Part shown: one piece after another, positions 63,966 to 64,000 of the stretch | Layout of the letters: every line of letters begins with the position of its first letter | Position numbering within the stretch: position 1 is the first letter of the stretch | Source of the DNA: Lingula anatina | Lineage: Eukaryota > Animalia > Brachiopoda | Length of the DNA: 64,000 nucleotides | Assembly: GCA_051362555.1 (NCBI GenBank) | Contig: CM120640.1 | Location: 38,976,788 to 39,040,787, forward strand | Reading direction: 5' to 3' | The notes under the pieces: generated by a model | The model's input: the letters and a program-made list of their open reading frames with translations, nothing else | Databases searched by the model: none | What the model was told of the DNA's origin: nothing | Translations under genes and position numbers: made by a program

Positions 63966-64000
63966 CTGTAAAGAAAATACAAAGGATTTGCACATATCTG

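Overview
AT-rich, intron-containing animal genomic DNA, probably a lophotrochozoan/mollusc-like invertebrate (inferred from the repeat types and gene structure; not proven). It contains the 5' exons of ERCC6L/PICH on the minus strand (continuing off the left edge). Three 8-exon, secretory-pathway alpha-carbonic anhydrase genes follow in tandem on the plus strand: CA-1 15613-32545, its close duplicate CA-2 42904-47252, and divergent CA-3 53505-61305. The last exon of an unidentified low-complexity protein lies on the minus strand at the right edge. All three CA models were assembled by hand from GT-AG sites; they are in frame and keep the Zn ligands. CA-1 appears to have two alternative signal-peptide leader exons about 12 kb apart. 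In CA-2 about 13.5 kb of intron 1, including the second leader, is replaced by a ~1-kb Tx1 LINE fragment. CA-1 and CA-2 end in GPI-like tails, whereas CA-3 ends in a short TM helix plus a KKxx ER-retrieval motif. Intergenic and intronic DNA is dense in nested non-autonomous transposons (Harbinger-, CACTA-, Mutator-, hAT- and Kolobok-like), LINE and SINE remnants, and a set of strand-asymmetric hairpins with tandem G-A mismatches. Most short ORFs in the supplied track are spurious. No database searches were possible.
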